NCBI GenBank assembly: GCA_041661745.1 | Contig: JBAZTR010000002.1 | Coordinates: 4,368 to 68,367 of the forward strand | Reading direction: 5' to 3' | DNA from: Patescibacteria group bacterium | GTDB lineage: Bacteria > Patescibacteriota > Patescibacteriia > UBA9934 > GWF2-40-263 | DNA length: 64,000 nucleotides | Part shown: positions 63,028-64,000 of the stretch, in pieces | Layout: the number at the start of each line of letters is the position of its first letter | How positions within the stretch are numbered: position 1 is the stretch's first letter | Position numbers and translations under genes: made by a program | The notes under the pieces: model-generated | Told to the model about the DNA's origin: nothing | Database searches by the model: none | Seen by the model: only the letters and a program-made list of their open reading frames with translations

Positions 63028-63519
63028 TTATTCTACAGGTTCTAAGTAAAATTGCTCCTCGCCAGGTTCTTCATCATCTTTTTTGCTTGGTTGAGAGGAA
63101 AAATCTGGTTTTTCGAACTTCTCCTCGACCACTTTCTTATCAGCATCGTTAAATTTTTCAGGATTCCAGGTCTCGGTTACTTCCCCAGCCGGGGGCATAA
63201 CCTCCCAAATATTCTTGGAAACAGATTCGTCGATTTTTTCACGAGGCATTTCTTCAGGAACCGCCCATTCGGGTTTGATCTTATCGCTGAATTCTTCTTT
63301 ATCGTAATCGTCATCGTAATAATCATCTAAGAAATCGTCGTCAAAACGGTGTGGTTTATCCTGTGGTTCGGGATCCACCATCGGCAAGCTGTCGGCCAAT
63401 TTTTCATAAGCCTCAAGACCCATGAGTACATAGGTATCTTCACCGTTTGGATCAGTCACCACCAGACGATCGCCGGTGCGGCGAACCAGGTCTAGGAGAC
63501 GTTTTAATTGATGGTCCAT
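63028..63519 (-). CDS. hypothetical highly acidic protein (163 aa) inserted between fusA and tuf
   Basis: Clean ORF with its own upstream TTGACA -35, downstream of a terminator hairpin. Asp/Glu/Tyr-rich with no recognisable domain. Confidence 0.55.
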   Translation of the reverse strand: MDHQLKRLLDLVRRTGDRLVVTDPNGEDTYVLMGLEAYEKLADSLPMVDPEPQDKPHRFDDDFLDDYYDDDYDKEEFSDKIKPEWAVPEEMPREKIDESVSKNIWEVMPPAGEVTETWNPEKFNDADKKVVEEKFEKPDFSSQPSKKDDEEPGEEQFYLEPVE

Positions 63520-63551
63520 ATTGAGCTCATTTTGCGGCGAGCAAGAGATAA

Positions 63552-63584
63552 TGTCAAGTTACAAAAACACCCGCCAACTGACGG
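63552..63584 (-). terminator. rho-independent terminator after fusA
   Basis: AAACACCCGTCAGTTGGCGGGTGTTT followed by TTGT. A-runs and T-runs on both sides give it a bidirectional appearance. Confidence 0.55.
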
Positions 63585-63605
63585 GTGTTTTTTGTATAAT
63601 TTGCT

Positions 63606-64000
63606 TTATCGCCTCACTCCAGTTCGGGCGGCAACGATAGTTTCAGTAACATTGCGTGGAGTTTCTTCGTAGTGATCAAATTCCATGTTGTAACTAGCGC
63701 GACCTTGCGTTAAAGAACGAAGTGAAGTGGCGTAGCCAAACATTTCAGCTAACGGAATAACTGACTTGATGACTTTAGAGCCAGCGCGATCCATCATTTC
63801 CAAAATCTGTCCGCGTTTGGCATTAATGTCGCCAACGACTTGACCCATGAAATCTTCAGGAGTAACAACCTCAACTTTCATGACCGGCTCTAGCAAAACC
63901 AAACCAGCTTTTTTACAACCATCTTGGAAAGCCATAGAGCCAGCGATTTTGAAAGCCGCTTCGGATGAGTCAACTTCGTGATAGCTACCATCAAACACCG
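63606..64000 (-). CDS. fusA: elongation factor G, C-terminal ~130 aa; the 5' part lies outside the window
   Basis: [23 protein letters not shown]...[17 protein letters not shown]...[12 protein letters not shown] are EF-G domain IV/V sequences. Confidence 0.9.
   Translation of the reverse strand, partial: VFDGSYHEVDSSEAAFKIAGSMAFQDGCKKAGLVLLEPVMKVEVVTPEDFMGQVVGDINAKRGQILEMMDRAGSKVIKSVIPLAEMFGYATSLRSLTQGRASYNMEFDHYEETPRNVTETIVAARTGVRR

Overview
This 64-kb window looks like a typical chromosomal stretch from a small-genome bacterium, with roughly 47% GC judged by eye. Genes are densely packed and mostly on the minus strand, and several traits point to a Candidate Phyla Radiation/Patescibacteria-like organism (inference from content, not a database hit). 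Minus-strand content, in coordinate order: ppsA (partial), pyk, htrA, ftsZ, ftsA, dgkA, ybeY, a 15.5-kb locus of pilin-like and giant surface proteins, yqeY, rpsU, hisS and lepB. Next come a tRNA-Val, a + strand block (LCP-family protein, der, pth, dprA, topA) and a divergent hypothetical/relA pair, then parAB, a tRNA cluster (fMet, Met-CAT, Leu-CAA) and an scpAB-aspS-asnS-recO-ruvX-map-adk block. The window ends with the secY/ribosomal-protein (spc/S10) operon, which lacks L30 and has an unusual 285-bp spacer between S10 and L3, then tuf and the 3' end of fusA. The most unusual content is the 7.6-23.2 kb locus. It holds three consecutive genes with TrbC/VirB2-type pilin-like N-termini (116 aa, 624 aa, and a 3521-aa giant with IPT/TIG, myxococcal Cys-rich, vWA and thrombospondin-3 Ca-binding domains), followed by three paralogous single-pass membrane proteins with Ca-binding repeats. 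I suspect this is an uncharacterised surface-filament or attachment system. Other anomalies are two short, visibly GC-rich islands, one of them a complete promoter-operator-RBS-ORF-terminator cassette at 47.1-47.7 kb. There is also a ~40-nt hairpin repeat family that supplies stop codons to three genes and sits in-frame inside a fourth. A ~100-bp near-palindromic array of 8-9-bp periodic GTTCAA motifs occurs at two loci. A duplicated tRNA 3' end with three tri-loop palindromes lies in the tRNA cluster, and a highly structured noncoding element lies between ftsZ and htrA. No CRISPR array, IS transposase or recognisable defence genes were seen.
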